Shown here one piece after another: positions 49,351 through 50,047 of a stretch of 50,047 nucleotides of DNA. How positions within the stretch are numbered: the stretch's first letter is position 1; each line of letters starts with the position of its first letter. The position numbers were made by a program, and so were the translations under genes. Under the pieces are notes generated by a model. The model searched no databases, was not told the DNA's origin, and worked only from the letters and a program-made list of their open reading frames with translations. This DNA comes from Octopus bimaculoides (lineage: Eukaryota): NCBI RefSeq assembly GCF_001194135.2, contig NC_068985.1:113910472-113960518 (forward strand), in the 5' to 3' direction.

Positions 49351-49602
49351 CATGCAATGTTATCTAATTAGATTGCTATTCACAGGTAATGAGATGATAA
49401 ACACAGAATTATGGGAACAAAACAAAACAATACATGATAGGCTTTGAATGAGTCTTTGAGGTTGGGAGACGCTGAGAAGAAGTGGTTTGGTTGGTTAGAA
49501 AGGTGGTTGGCTGGTTATGTACTGAATTGAAGGAAGAAATGTTTTGTTAAAGATGTTTACTTTATGTATTATTAATGTTAATATTATTATTGTCATCATT
49601 TA

Positions 49603-49812
49603 GGGGGTGGTAACTGGCAGAATCACAAGCATACTGGGTAAATAAAATGCTCAGTAGCATTTCATCTGTCATTAAGTTCTGTGTTCAAATTCCACTGAGG
49701 TCGACTTTGCCTTTAATCCTTCTGGGGTTGAAAAAATTAAGTACCAGTAGAACACTGGGGGTCAATGTAATTAACACAAATTTTCAGGTCTTGTGCCTTT
49801 AATAGAAAGGAT
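49603..49812 (+). mobile_element. SINE family B
   Basis: GGTAACTGGCAGAATC head and GAGGTCGACTTTGCCTTT core. Confidence 0.85.
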
Positions 49813-50047
49813 ACTCTTTTTACTCTTTCTTACTTGTTTCGGTCATTTGACTGTGGCCATGCTGGAGCACCGCCTTTAGTCGAGCAAATCGAGCTCAGGA
49901 CTTATTTTTTGGAAGCCTAGTACTTATTCTATCGGTCTCTTTTGCCAAACCGCTAAGTTACAGGGACGTAAACACACCGCCATCGATTGTCAAGCGATGG
50001 TGGGGGGGACAAACACAGACAAACAAACACACACACACACACACACA
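49813..50047 (-). mobile_element. SINE family A 3' half (cut by the window end)
   Basis: CTTTTTACTCTTTCTTACTTGTTTCGGTCATTTGACTG tail. Confidence 0.9.

Noticed and set aside
23610-49390. Plus-strand AG|GT sites (about 23621, 26854, 47455, 49383) as further recursive sites
   Set aside because: Short or weak polypyrimidine tracts and mostly non-consensus donors, much poorer than the site at 501-510.

Overview
AT-rich eukaryotic non-coding DNA, very likely from an octopus (coleoid cephalopod). I infer this from recalled repeat families: tRNA-derived SINEs with internal (TA)n/(CA)n tracts, RTE-type (GAT)n-tailed SINEs and dense microsatellites. About 4.1 kb (about 8%) is N gaps. I find no supportable host protein-coding exon; the ORF track is almost entirely microsatellite, gap or SINE read-through. 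The window is a gene desert or a very long intron. It holds more than 50 SINE copies or fragments from about 6 families (my labels A-F), decayed L1-Tx1, RTE (two) and mariner fragments, and piggyBac-type TTAA MITEs, one amplified into a tandem array. The best leads are a textbook minus-strand 3'SS/5'SS junction (CAG|GTAAGT, candidate recursive splice site) at 501-510, a degenerate type I hammerhead ribozyme at about 7026-7094, a SINE carrying an L1-Tx1 tail, apparent (AAT)n targeting by family B, and a MITE-derived incipient satellite. All coordinates and alignments are by eye, and repeat boundaries are approximate.
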